This document shows positions 21,601 through 36,600 of a stretch of 64,000 nucleotides of DNA, piece after piece; position 1 is the stretch's first letter, and each line of letters begins with the position of its first letter. Where the stretch lies: assembly GCA_002633005.1 (NCBI GenBank), contig NMRA01000060.1:554016-618015 (forward strand), given 5' to 3'. A model generated the notes under the pieces. It was given only the letters and a program-made list of their open reading frames with translations. It ran no database searches and was not told where the DNA came from. Both the position numbers and the translations under genes were made by a program. Source of the DNA: Phoronis australis. Taxonomy: Eukaryota > Animalia > Phoronida.

Positions 21601-24600
21601 AGTGTGTGCTAATGAAGCGAAACTGACATTCATAAACTATTGTTCCTGTGTCCATTTAGTAACTATTTAGTAAACCATTTAGGGGAAGAGTTCTTAAAAA
21701 TTTCATTGCATAGTTTGCAAATGAGCTCAGTTCCAATCCTTCACAATTGCTATTCTTGAATTTAAAAATTTCATCTTTAAAACGGGGACAACATCGAGGG
21801 CACGGAGGTATTTCATTTCAGGGTTGGGGGGACTTACCGGCAGCTTTAATCTTGGGAAGACTGGACGTGACTCTCTCACATGGTGGAGGCTGGCAGGGAT
21901 AGGTTAATCTACAACACTTATTTACGATCCGGCTATGCGCGTGTTTTCGATGCGGTGGGTGAGGTTGAAACGCTGTGGATGAACTTTTCAGTCGCGCCGT
22001 AAAATGATGTGGTCTCGACGTGGATTTGATGAATGTGTCGTGGTTTATAATTCAGTAATATTCCAACTTCACATTCTTTTCAAAATTCAAATACACATTT
22101 ATTTTTCCGTATTCATAAGAAATGCTTTGGAGCTCACTTTGGCATTGGCAAGAAACCCATACAGTTTAAGTGTTTGATAGCCGTGCGCTGTTCTTGGGTT
22201 ACTGGGTACACAATGCGTCTAAACCGGCTATCCCTATTTCCAGAATGGCTAGGCATGAGTGGCGCAGCACTGAAATAAGTAGGGGCAGGCCATAGCCCCC
22301 ACAGCCCCCTATGGTGCGCCGCCCGTGTATGAGCGACTTCAGTAACCTGACAAAATTTATTCAAGTCAATGTTTGACTAAATGTTTCCGTGCGATTGTGT
22401 GATGGAGTATAATCACTCATTTTTAAAAGCACGCGCGGTTTGAAAGTTTGGCAGAAGGTAACGTTCAGGAATCCAGAAACAGAACTTTGTGGAAATACAT
22501 CTGAATTTGGATTCCGTTTTTGCCAGTAACCGTCATGGCATCCTCATCTCTTGGATTAGGCCTACCAACCGCATCTTATCTCAAGATACTGGAGCCGCCA
22601 AGAGTAATCGCGGCGTTTACAGATTTCCCTTCTGCCGGGTTTAACTGCCTAAGGGCTCTACAAAAAATGGCGGACGTATGCGAAATATGATCAAAAGCAG
22701 GGGCGGATCCAGTTTTTAGTTGGGGGGGGGGCAGGGCAGAGTATTAGCCAGGATTTTACCCGTCAGACATTTGCACCCGCCATTTGCCAAATGGAATCTG
22801 GAAGAGTTTTGGGGGGCATAGCCCCCTTGGCCCCCCATCTAAATCCACCTCTGAAAAGGTCCACCGATTAAGAAATAACCACCCTCCGCGCACTGCTGGC
22901 TACGGGCCTGTTCACAGACGCGATGGAGTTGTTTTGGCATTCGGCTGAAGAAAATACGTTTGAGCAACTTCGAATGAAAAAATGTCCAACTATGAGGGGA
23001 GTTGCATTGACTTGAAGAGTGAACGTCACGGACTTAGCACATTGCATTCTGCTTGTAAACTGCTTTGTGGAGAAACTGGACACGCAAGACGTTTAGTTTG
23101 TGCAATTGAAAAAGCATAAAACCGTGTGTACCCCACAAAAATTGCATTACTCAAAGTGGGTCTTGTGGCCTGAAAAGAAAACTTGACCATGTTTTGTTAC
23201 ACGAATGAAAGGAATGTTAGTGCAAGTACATGCAGGTGAAAGCATAGGCGTATGTTAATCTAATACGTGGAATAATCCGTAGCGGACGCCCAGTGTCAAT
23301 ATGTGGAATAGTTCGTAACGTATAATGTACGCTTATGGTTTGGTTCACTCTTGGTATTCTCTAATCACAAAATTAATGCTTTTCGTTTTTATCAAAAGTA
23401 CAGCGCCACTTTCTATTCAACTTCTTGTTTAATATTGGAAATTCAGATATCACAATTTGCTAGGAAATAATTAATTTTGCTTGGGTACGTTCTGTAGGCG
23501 TGTATGCCGGCGCCGTTTTGGGGTATCCTCTAGATGGCGTGCTCACCCATTACGTCAGCTGGAGGAGCGTGTATTTTTCGCACGGTGCCTTTGGTATAAC
23601 GTGGGCAGTTGCGTGGTTCTTTTTGAGTTACGAAAAGCCAGAGGTCCACCCGCATATCAGCAAAGAGGAGTTGGAGCATTTCCACCAAAGAAGTCATCGT
23701 TGCAACGTAAAGTCCGTCAGTCATGTGAGTCCATTCTGGCTGTTTCTGAGCAATTTCAGTTTCCGGTTAATGTATTTTACGGGAAGTTTTCGCATCTATT
23801 TTACTGTCCAGTAAATGAAAAAAAAATAATTCCGGCATTGAAACGCTGTCAAAATTTTATACGTAAGATCACATATTTCGTCCTTGGTGGTCCATGTACT
23901 ATAGTCTATGCTATTACGCGCTCCATCCTGTAGTATGAACATGTTTGTGAAATGCATAAATTTTGGACGAGGTTACTCATAATCTTATAGGGAAATGTTA
24001 CTTTTTGATGCTTGTTTCGTAAATATGACTTACTCTACTTACTTTGAAGTATTTTGAATCTTCCTAGTCTTTGTAAAAATTAAATTTACCATAATAAATG
24101 CTATTTCGCACAATGCGAACATTGCGTGTCTAGTCGCATGCTTCTTTGTAGAATGGGTTTAATTTCCTGTTTCTGACAATAGTTCAGGTCCAGTGCTTCG
24201 GCTAAAAATCGCTTGGCGTATTGGCCATGGGAGCACTTACACCAAAAAATAGAGACCACAACTTAGTCGTCTTCCTATCTTCTTCACTGCGTCACACCAT
24301 GATTTCCAAAATTTGCCATGCTTACTAAGTTCATTTTCAGCGAAACTATTCAAAATGTTTTTGTGCAGTAATAAGAATGTCCACGCGCCCAATTCAGTCT
24401 ACTTAGTTTGAATGTCATCTGAGTGTCACCTGAACACTTCAGTCTACTTAGTTTGAATGTCATCTGAGTGTCACCTGAACACTTGCTGAGGTAATCCTCA
24501 AATTTCCGTGTTTGAAGAATAAAACGTTTTAAGTTGCCAGAATAAGTTGGAAACTCGATATCATTTCAGAGTGCGCAGGTGCCATGGAAGAGGATATTTA

Positions 24601-27600
24601 TGTCACCTCCTGTTTGGGCGACCACGTTCAGCCATTTTGCGCGAAATTGTGTGTTTTACATGTTGCTAACGAACCAGCCCACATACTTTGATGTTTTTGG
24701 TTTTAATCTGGCACAGGTAATTAGAAATTGGACCACTTTAGCTAAAATGCATGGCAGCAGTTTGGCTACTGAATTTACTATATCTTTTTTAATATCCGCC
24801 GACTGGCATGTAGTGGAATTGATGGAGGCTCTTTCAGAAGCATAATTGAGGTTAAACTGTTTACCGTTGCAGAGACTGTACGATCCAGAGTTATTCTGAC
24901 TCGTGGTTGGTTATAGAAATGACATCCAGAAACTTAACATTAACGATTAGCCTTCCCATAAATGGCACAGATTGGTCCCCTCATCACAATAACTGTGTTT
25001 CACGTTTAATTCCATTCTGATGTCCGCTGGGTAGCGGCAGTACATTTATGATGTCACAATCCGCATAGTATGGCGTGCTGCTGTTTATTTGAGAGACTAG
25101 GGTGAAATTTCTTTGGTAGGGTGAAGAAAGCTAGTGTGATCACATTCTTCACTTGTAGTACATGGCGATATCTTACGTGTGGTGCGTGTTCTTTATTTTC
25201 TCCTCTATGGAAGGCATAGTCACATGGTTGTTTAAACATCGCTTCTTAATGGTTTCAGAACGGTGCTTTGTCGTCTATACCACACCTCCTGTTGGTTGCC
25301 GTCGCTGCTCTCAGCGGTCCATTAGCGGATTATCTTCTTCACTGTCATGGATTTTCAGTCACAGCCGTGAGGAAGATAATGAACTCAACTGGTAATACGA
25401 TCTCTTGTTCTTAAACTTATATTTATTCGTTATTTTTTCAGATATTTACTATCATTGATAAACAAATACAAAAAAAAAAACAAACGCGTACATCAATTCA
25501 TTCACGCATGCACACCTCATGAGAGACCATTTTCGTATCACGTATAAAGTAAACAACTGCTACATGGATTTAACGGGAACAATGAACTTTTCCCATTTCC
25601 CAGAGAAGCTGTCACACACAAAAATTCTATATGCAATTAATTTTTCAGCATTATAGTACTCATAAGCATATGCAACAAACTTGTGAATATTAGGTATATT
25701 TTGTGACATCTCCCCTTCTTCATGTAGTGTTTGGCTAGTAATAACAAACTGTTAAGAAGAAAAGCATGTGTCTCATAAAGTCCAGCAACAGCGCGTTTGT
25801 AAGAGAGACAGTTGGGAAGCTGAATGAGACACCTTTGAAGTAGTTTTCTGAATTCCTTCCAAAAATCTTGTACAGGGTGACATTCCCAAAAAGGTGTGAC
25901 AACGCCTCTGGAGCTTTATTACAAAAGGATCATAAATTAGAATCCCGATTTTGACTAAAAAGTATTTGTTGCAATAATCCTGTGTAACATTCTAAATTGG
26001 AATCATCTAATGTTGGAATCCTTTGAAATTTCATAAGGCAATGCGTATATTTTCTTCCAATCTAAAATATCCCCTAACTCTATTTCCCATTTACACTCTG
26101 ACTTAATGACCTTAAAAATAGAACAAATATGTGTACAACCCTTCTCATCGTTCCTTAAGTGAGTATTTGCCAAAGGAATGCAAGGAGAATAGACACTACC
26201 ACTGTCTTTTATTTGTTCTTCGAAATAGACTTTTTGAAACCTTCTTAAAACAGAAACAACACTATTATATTCCACAAAGTTGTTTTTTACATCGAATCCA
26301 TTTATCATATGGTCTGAACTAATAAAATCGCCATCAGAGGTATACATATCTCTGGTAAATGTTAAGCCTTTTAAAAACTAAGACTTATAAAAAACTCCTG
26401 CCTCCGATCCCCAAGTTACTGTTTAACCACAAAGGTTGATTCAAAAAGTCTTCTTTACTCGCAACAATTATTTTCTCATAGAAAGATGTCATACTTCCAA
26501 ATACGTCGCACCAGTAGGAATTTTCAATTAGAGTTTATTTCGACTTAATAAAGTCTTCTCCAAATGAAGCAAGAACAGCGAGTATAGTAACTGACCACTT
26601 TTAGACTCAGGGTTTTCAGATATCTACGGGCCACGGCGAGTTTTAAAGCTTTGCTGAAAGTAGTATGTATATTAACCATTTGAAGTACCCCTTGATCTAG
26701 TCCTAAATAGGCAGTGGTTTGTTTTATTTTATTATTACGAGCCTGCCATACAAATCTAAAGAATACGGAATTCAATTCATCCAAGACCTTTACTGGAGGA
26801 TTTGGTAAACTTGACAACAAAAAATTAAGTTTTGAAATTGCTAGCGTTTTAATTAGGTATTGTAACAAACGGCGTTAAATTTCGTCGATTCCAAATTTTT
26901 CAATAAAGACTTAATCTCAGTTGTTCTTGCAGTGGAGTTCTTACCCGTCATACTATCCAATTGAGTGTCAAAATCCACCCCAGAATCTAACATACTTTTT
27001 TGTCCAAGACAGACTTTCTTTTGTAGGAATCACGTCATCACTACCGGTATTACTTCCAAACCATATGGCTATTGTTTTATCCACATTCACTTGGAGACCG
27101 GAGACAAAGTTATCAAACGTAGTGCATTGTTTTGCCGCGAATCTTCTTCAAAACGTTTTAAAAGAAAAAGTTGATCATCTATAGACAGTTGTAAATCTGA
27201 ATGGGGCTATTTGGAGAATTCTTGCGATGTCGCTGCTGTACTAGTGGTGATGGAATTGCGCAAGCGTCACTGTCTCCATGGAAACAGCTGGTAAAACGAC
27301 GAAATTGATATCAAAATACGTCGTCACGCTAAGCCTTATTATTGCTATTTTCCCTGTGGCAAGTCTTTGGCAGGTGGTCACAAATTCTCAAAAGACCTAA
27401 GGTTAATACAGCTGCAAGCCATTTCACCATGTATTTAAAGGGCTTGCGAAATCGAGATTCCTTAATCTATCACCACTAGTACACGCGCGCCATCTAGTAA
27501 ATGTAAAATTTCCAAATAGCCCGATTACTTGTACTATCTACTGTCTGAATGTCGTCACTCTTATAATACTGCTGTTTAACTAATTTAAGGGTATCCTTGA

Positions 27601-30600
27601 CCACAGCAATATACTCAAGAGTTTTTTAAGAGAGAGTTATTAAACATCCAAAATGATTTCCTCATCCTGGAAACAGCAATTAAAAAAACGTCAATATTGA
27701 ATGATCGGACGGGTAACCAATATCGGCTAAAAGGTTTTCAGAAATTAAAAAAATAATCTAATCTGGCATATCTATGCTCTGAACTGTCTAACCCATTCCA
27801 CGTATTCAATTCCTTGGTGGATGCAAGAATTTCAGCTAGGATGCACGTGATGCAAACATTTCTATTTTAAACGAGTGCTTTTATATTGCGAAAACCCACA
27901 CTTGTGACATAATTAATGTGCTAATGTACAAAAATGGAGTAAATTCCAAACTAGACAACAGGCTGTCAACTTTATCGAACAGTGGCAAACGTGGCGGCCA
28001 GTTTGCTATTTTCTCTAACAATGTCTGGATGTGATTTTGCGTGCTCATGCATGGGTTGAGATCCGCAGAGCAAGACCACGCAAAAGCACGTGAGTGAAGT
28101 GCGAGTGTTTCGCAAATAGACTAGCAAATGGCTGACATTTAATAAATTGGTTGGCGAGGCAAATTTACGATTTGCGTTCTATAAGTGCTTAGAATTTTGG
28201 TAACGCGTCCCCTGGTTTTGCCACCATAGCGCAATGCACTGCTACCTTTATTCACAGGTCAAATGCTCGTTCAGCTAACAGACTTTCTTTATGTCACGAA
28301 ATGGATTCGGTGGTTCGAATTAGAGGTCTTTTTCATAACCGTTACGCCCTCTATATGCTCTCCGATTCGCCATCCACGAATTCGTAGACCACTAGTACCG
28401 CGTTCGGATGTTGTATTTTTCTAAGAAGGCAAATAGCGTCTGGCATAAGGTACATGTAGATATCAGACGCTTCGATAATTCGCAAAAGCGCCCGATCAGA
28501 TGTCTTAGTTACAAGTAATTAGCATAAATTTCATATGTAAGCAACACCGATGCTAGCCGACATACCGGCAGACTATCATGATCATGTCGGAGCATCGGTT
28601 CATCGTCGGCCGATGACTAAAAACACTGATCTTCCAATGATCTGCTGATGCACGATCTCCCTCAATATAAACCGGGCATCGAGAAACAAATATCTTTGTC
28701 CGATGAGGCAGGGAATGATAATTCTTGACGCCAACGGTCGGCCCACGTGCCTGAAAATGTACCGATAATCGATCGATGTTCGGCCAAAAACATGACAATT
28801 TTCCCGCTGGAAATTGATCGGATTGGCGCCGTGAGCTTTCTTTCAATCGCAACTTCAAAATGCCACGGGTGCTTGAGAAACAGAATATCGATCGTATTCG
28901 AAGTCACTTGCGACAGTCGGAGTCGATCGTGGTCTGATTACCTTATGCAAAGTCGTTTACGAATTCCTATTCGAAAATCTGATTCTGGATACAAGTGCAT
29001 TATAGAAAGTCAGGCACAACGAAAAAAATCTGGGAACATGACATGTCACACAAATCAATTTTCTTACACCACCCTATTCAATTTCGTCATGTTTTCGTCT
29101 ATCTTCAAAAACGACACTATTTGTAACTTCACTCGTTGTTTTTAGACTGATTGTGTAATCCTAATTTCCCGTCACTTTCTACTACTTACCCGAGAACGGT
29201 AAAAATGCACAAATTCTTACCGTTAAAACTATCAATTTCAATTAACTTTAAATATGTTCTGCCTTAAGAAACGTTCCTTTATCTTTCGGGAAATATTTTT
29301 AATAAAGATGATGAACGCACTCTGGTAACTTTTTGTATTTTGTTTTATTCATTTTCTTTCAACGACCACTTCAGTAATTACACTGATTTTTCAAGTGGAC
29401 TCTGTCAGAAATAATTGCATGAAGTAAAATGAACGGACCTGCTTACATTGGCCCCACGCATACTATCCGATCACTTCAGTAGCGAAGAGAAAATGTTTCG
29501 CAAACTTTTCAGGTAAAAAGATTCCAGTCCCATGTCACCAGAAGCTTTATTTCATCTAGTTCTTTGTTGTAGCTTCACGCACGTTGTCGAAATCGCGAAA
29601 ACATACTGTGCTAAGCCAATCACATAAAACACATTAAAGGCTAGACACTATAATGTCACATTAAAGATACTGATAAAATCCGTGAACATTTAAATTTGTA
29701 GCAATCGCCACCTAGTGACTTCATTGAGAACTGTGTGTACAAGTGCAATCTGAAAAAAATTGAAATAAATTGCGGTTTTAAAGAAAACACCACAAGTGAT
29801 ACACTTAAAAACAAGCGTGAACATATAAAGACACTAGTAATTTCAAACATCACGAAATCGTTATTTGATAATGAAGTAATCCTATGGTAAAAACAGTGTT
29901 GTTTCATTAGGGTAACGATGAAATATTGCCATATTCATTTACATAAAAGAATTTTCGTGAAACGAGACTTTCGCAAGATTGTAATGGTAACTGTTCTCGG
30001 CGTTTCCGGCAAATTGGAGGTCCCGGTGTTGTTTGTAAATGTGTTTCATTTGCATATTCACAATTTAATGAGACTAGGCATCTTTAATCTCTGAAAAAAT
30101 CTCGGCAAAACGTTATTTTATTGTGACATAAGTTGAATTAACAGCCAGCTAATTACGTCAAGAAGACTTCATCAGAGTTGGTAAAATCTGTCAGTTTACC
30201 TTGAAACTTACTGAACTAGTAAGCTACTGCAGTGTCACCTATTGCTGCGGGCTGGAAACAACCGTCTACCTCTGTTGACAGGGCAACGCCCTGTTTTACA
30301 TGTAAGTGAAGTTGTACAGACGCGATCTGCAACAAGAGAATGTTGAAGCTAGGTTGAAGGCACTGCAAATTAATGCAAATGAATTCATTCAAGCAAGTTT
30401 TACTTTGTACTTTCACATGCTCTTCAGATATCGTTCGAAACGTTCCCAAGTTATTAGACAATACATCAGAAAACTTTGTCATTTAAGCGCATCAGGAATT
30501 ATTCGTTAAGTGATTAAAGCATCTATTGAGGGTACTTTTACACGCACATTTGGCAGATCTTTGAAAGATGGAAATGTCATAAACTTTACCAGAGCTTTAG

Positions 30601-33600
30601 AGATTTTAATTGAACCTTAAAAAGTCCCTTTTAATCTTTCCAATATTTACAAAACCTCTTGGGAGATAATAAATTATGTTGTGTTTTAGTGATCACTTTA
30701 CTTAAGATACAGTAACTTAACTCTTATACTACCTGGCCTAGCATATCAAATGCGTGCGAGCCCTAGAATACAAACTGAACAGTGCAACTTACGACAAAAC
30801 AAATGTGACTCTTTCATGTTCCCACTTTTGCCCGAATTTCTCGTGCAATGACTTTTAGATTAACCAATGTCAATAGTATCGCTCATCGTAATTCGCATAT
30901 TGTAACAGAGTTCATTTTCGGTTGAAAATTTCATCTTCCATTTGTCTTTACCACGGATGCTTAAACTATTTATGTTAATGGGTGCACGCGTATATCCTAC
31001 TAGGTTTTGGAGTAGAGTGCGTATGCATGGCTGCCTTGGGATTTGTGAAAGATGGTACTTCGGCTGTGATCTTCATGTCCTTTGGAGCCGGATTTGGTGG
31101 GCTTTGTGTGTCAGGTAAATGGAACTGTTCTGAAAACGTGGTTGTTTTTTACAGTTGTTTAATATCATGTCTGTAGTCATAACGGTCGCTAGCCATGGCG
31201 CAAAGCTGTAGGCTATACTAAATACACAGCTCTGCGCCCATGTGGGTAAAAATTGGCTAGATAAAATCTGACACAAAATTAGTGTCATTAAAAACTGCAA
31301 TCTTCCTTGAGTAAACTAAATTATTTAACGGTGTTGGAAAAACGGCGTTCTGCCGTTATTCTGCTGCTAAAGTTGTGGACTGATCTTTAGCGACGTCTTT
31401 CGGCGCCATGAAATATTGCGTCTGACACCTATTGGCCAGTTTCATTTTTCGCCGATTCTTCGATCTACTGTTCGTCTTCCTTGAGGTTGCGTCGCTTGCA
31501 CAATAAGTCATCTTAGCGTCATTCGTTAAACGTATGGCGTCAAATTAGTTTTCGACAAAGAACTTCAACGTTTTTTCTAGGGCACTGCCAAATTTTTGAA
31601 AAATTATAGCGGGCGAACATTTGTCGGTTTCACGTAATAAACCGCCTATGGTCACTTGACAAAAATCACAAACCTTGAATAATTCTTTCTCGTGACCATA
31701 ATTAATCGTTGAAGCGCGCTGACAGACATCCAGATTTTGGTTGGAGTGAGCATGCGCGGAAGACAGACTTTACGGTTTACTTCCTTTACATTCGTACGCA
31801 ATTGTCATCAAAATGAAAACGGTTATGAATGACGAATGATGGCGATCCATAAGCAAAAATTCTCATTTCATAAACTTTTGAAATATCAATCACGCGATAG
31901 CAAAGTTTTATTTCTGATCAAGAATTATTGAGAACGTTCGCATACTTTGGTCAGCGCTCAAAAAGCCTACATGTAACTGGACGTTATTCGAGGCACTTTC
32001 TGGTAAAATACAAGTTCATTGGCATTTGAGCGTGACTTAAAAAGCAACCACATTTTCTTCGCTCAATTCTTCTAATTAAAAGCATGTGGTCACCAACACG
32101 TTTTGGGATAACTTATACTGCTTTATTGTACTTTCAAACATCTATTCCCTTTGCAAAGAGGTTTTGTGTTCACCAGTGAAGAGATGGCGACTCATCGGTT
32201 GGAGTTCTCGCTTCGTTTTTCTTCAATCATAAGATGTCAGGAAGTTTAAAGGCCGAAACATCTAATGATGGGACTCCCTTCCTCTGACGATTGTCTTATC
32301 TTTCGCTCTCCGGAGTTTCTTACCACTAGGTGTTTCTGATCACCAACCGTGACTCTATGTTTTCTTCGCTCAAACCATTGTTCACTTGAGTAGAACAGCA
32401 AGTCAATCAGACCATCCAATCTTATGGCAAAACACCCCCTTTTGTCACTAAACAGATTAGGTTCGACGTCTCCGAGTTTTACCCACGATCGTCAAAGCTT
32501 CTCACTTTTCATGATTGACAAGGTTACAAAGCAATGTTTTGGCTCAAAGGTTTAAGTACTATTGTGAACTTCTGTTAATATTGGCTAAAACAGGGATTTA
32601 AAATGTCTGATGTTTTTCAGGCTGGCAAATAAATCACCTAGACTTGGCGCCTCGTTTTAGCAGCATCCTTGTCGGTCTCACGTCCACCGTCGGGGTCACC
32701 GCAGGCATTGCGAGTCCATTAGTTATTGGTGCAATCACAACAAATCAGGTAATGGCGTTTATAAATAGTAACATATTAAAGCTTAATTTCGCCATGTTAG
32801 GGCTGACAATAATGAAAAATGATTAGACCTTTTTGGTTTCTTAAAGTAACTCTGATAACAGACCTAGCGTGATTGGATTTTTCTATTTCTGTTTTCTGCT
32901 CGAGTCAAAGACAATGCGTACTTGCGCTATTTTCAATTTCACATTTTAGAGTTAGCCAACCCCGTGCCCAATAAACTCTGAAACGTGTTCTTGGGTCGTC
33001 GATGATTCAATCTGATTACTGATAATGGGTCTTATTTTATCAAAGTAGGAGGTTTAAATCATTTGATTTTCGTTTCGGGCAAAATACAACTTCGGCAAAT
33101 ATGCTACGAACACTTGTCATTCGTAAGACTATCCTTCCAATACAAAGGAAGTGTGATTGCTGTGCTGTGGGCTGCAACAACGGCAAGATCAAGTTGGATG
33201 AACTTGACAAATACCAGTGGATGCACAATGTTAGCTTCTTCGTCTTCCCGACGTCAAATAAAAACAAGAAAATGCGGAGCTTGTTTGAACCGAACATAAT
33301 CCCCTTGTCTATTCCGGTACTTTCAAACTGTTGAAATCGGGAATATTTCAACGGCCATAGACATTGACGGATTCCTACAGAACCTGTGAAAATGTGCATA
33401 GCATTCCAAAACGGTGACTATGAAAACAACGCTTTACCTCCGCGACAAAGGAGAAGTCTATCGCTGTGTAATCCGGCCGGAGCGGCCCTAATGACAGGGA
33501 CGCAACGCAATTTCTTTTATTCACGCACAGTATGAGAAGTTACATGTTTTGTGTAAAACCATTTTAATATCCCACCAGGCAATTTGGCGGTATAATCGTC

Positions 33601-36600
33601 CCAAAGAACTTACAAGAAGCACTCGCCGGGAAATTTGCCAATCAAAGAAATTGAGATCACGAAAGTTCAGCGAAAATCACTCCAGTTGAAGTTCCCGTAC
33701 AGTATCAAAATGACAAAATTGAACAACTTCTCGCTGCTCCGAAAATGCGACCCATGCTTGGTAAATTGGCATCTACGGGATGGGGAGGGTTATGCCGTCG
33801 ATGCACCAAGCCTACTAGACCTCCAACAACAACAAATCCCCCGTTCTCTCTCAGTCCCAAATCAATCTAATCTGAGCAAGTCCAATAACATATTGGGACC
33901 AGTCTTGCAACGGTACGAACATGTAGTGAGCATGACAGAATATGTCAGAAGCCAGTTTCAAGTACTCGCTCGTAATTTCGGTAATATGTATTGTTTTCCA
34001 GACCATCCAAGAATGGAATGTCGTCTTTCTCGTCGTCGCCGGTGTTCTGTTTATGGCTACCGTCATCTTTTTTATTTTTGGCTCAGGTAAGAAATCATAC
34101 ACCTTTTCTGTTACTACTCTAACTTAGACCAACGGAGCAGAATGTGGTAAGTAAAATTACACGTTAAACGTGCAAGTGTGTACTGACCTGAAAAACGGAA
34201 ACAATGTGTCTCCACGAGACAGGCCAGCAGAGTGCGTAACCGTGTTTTTTGTGACCTTCTGTAACACGACCTAACAGTGTCATAAAGTGGACCCTATTTC
34301 AGTCGTTCGAAGGGAGTGGCCTGTTCTCAGTAGTCACCATATTCCTCGAAAGCTAAAACGTGGAATATTTATATCAAGTTAGATAGGAAACCTGGTGAGT
34401 CGCTCAAGGCAAGTAAGGCATGGATTAGATGAACTTAGTGAGACAGGTCATTCAGGCAACACACGTGTGAGAAGCCTACTGGACAGAGAGTGTTCTTTGC
34501 TTGATATAAAGCCACACAAGAACCCCTCTTTGAATAGACACGGAGGGGCAAGACTCATGGTACATAGCCTTCTTATTGTTGTCTCAGTATGATCACCGGC
34601 AGAGGGCGACTTCGTGACCTGCCCGTCATCAATCCCCAGTGTAGAAGGATCGAGCCGGGCGGTTCCGCATCGTCGGTAACATTGTTTTACAGCAATTTCC
34701 ATAAGTTAAGATTTGTCCTTTTTCTCATGGTATTATTTTGTTTTTAAGTTTTTTATATCTCTAAAAGTGGTATTTGCTTGCGTCCACGTCCTTGTTTTTT
34801 TCTTAAATCACACCTTCTTTTCAGTATCAAATATTTCGTTGTTGCTGACAACTCTCAGTACAGCCAACTGTGTACCAACATGGGTACAGGGTTTGCTTAT
34901 ACTAATGTTACATTGAGTCCTATCAACTAGGAAATGTAAAATTTGGTCACTGATCATGTGGAGAATTTCTCGCTTACACTGGCGACCGCTCTGATTCCCT
35001 GAGCCCCAAACAACTTTTACGGTACCTATTCAGTACGCCCTATGTATTGAAGTAGATAAGAGCTAATGAAGTGGAAAGGTAATTGCTAGCATTACTGTCT
35101 TAACAATGGTTGTTGTTAGTACCCCCAATTTGGTTTTCTCTGACATTTGCAGAGTTATAGCCTGCAACTCTGGATAGTAGTTTTAACTTGGTACATTATA
35201 AGTATTACAAATTAACTAAAAAGGTTAAATTGTATTTATCTTCACAAAGGGCCACTTCCCAAAGGAACGATAAGTTTCATATTATTTTTCTTTATTTAAT
35301 TTTTATGCCTTATACTGACTTGTTTTTTTTACCGGGAACGGGTTGATATTTTTTATCTAAGTTTTTAACTTGATGTACCAAAACAATGGTAGATTTTGAT
35401 CGCCAGCTAAACTTAATTAGTTAATTTCATTGTGAGCCCATCCCTAAACTTACCGCATTACAGGTACACTAAACATTTCACATGCCATTAAAGTTTAATC
35501 TTTATTAGAACTCAAATCATAACTGCATATATGGTGATAACCAAACTGAAGATTTGGAATCTCTGGACAATTTCGGTGACACTGACTATATAATTATTCT
35601 GGCTCTTTGTCAGTAATAAAAATGAAAATTGGGTACAACAACTGTTTCCTGGTCAAAAATCTGGTTAAACGAGATTGAAAAAATTTCTAAAAAATGAATC
35701 CATGTGATATTGTTAACTCTGATCAGCGTTTGTATATCCACCGAGTATATCAATACGCACGGTAGTTTATCTTCAATCGTACCCAATGGTTGAACTTTTT
35801 AGATTATTAGTTCATCGATTTTTAAAAATTGAAGACCGTACTTGGTTGTTTTTTTCCAGCTGACTACTGCCGTGGTGGCAGTCTATAACGAAAATTAGTG
35901 GTTAATGTATTTTGAAAATTCGTCATTATGTACAGTCGGAGATGTCTAATACAGTTTATGGTCGGATAATTACATTTAATTGGGTCTTGCTCTCATCGGG
36001 CAATGCGGTCATCACAATTGTACCGATTCCGGCGCCGCGCTCTCTTTGATCCTGGTACAAGTCGCTCAGAAGGGCGAGCGGTGAAAATTCCCGCATATCT
36101 TTAAAAATGCGTGACTTCCTTATAAGCGTATTATTCACGGTATGCTCCCTAATTACATGCAATAGCAAACATAAAATCACAAACTCGCTTTCAAACAATG
36201 TCGCTGACGCATACTTGTTTCATACTTGCTCGACCGGTTCAATCCGTGCCACTTTCCTCCGATCAAGACGTCAAGGAGTGCGGTAAACGTTTTAATTAAG
36301 TCACGTTGTAGCAATTAGCGACAGCTTATGGGCTAACGCAGGGATATGTATCCTCATAGGAAGATCTATCAAAACTTCACATGCTGTCTCCCGTCATAAC
36401 TCTTGAGTTTACAAACTCACCGCTTTCACTGGTTGATCCTCAAACATATTTTCATAGCGTACATGTACAAACTGATTATCACAGCGGCATTGTCCGCGTA
36501 CAGTTATTTCCACGAATACGAAGGACACAGAAATGGTGTCTAGAGTTTCTTGTGAACGATAGGGGAACCCGCTGTACACGCAGTTTGAATGTCATGGTCA

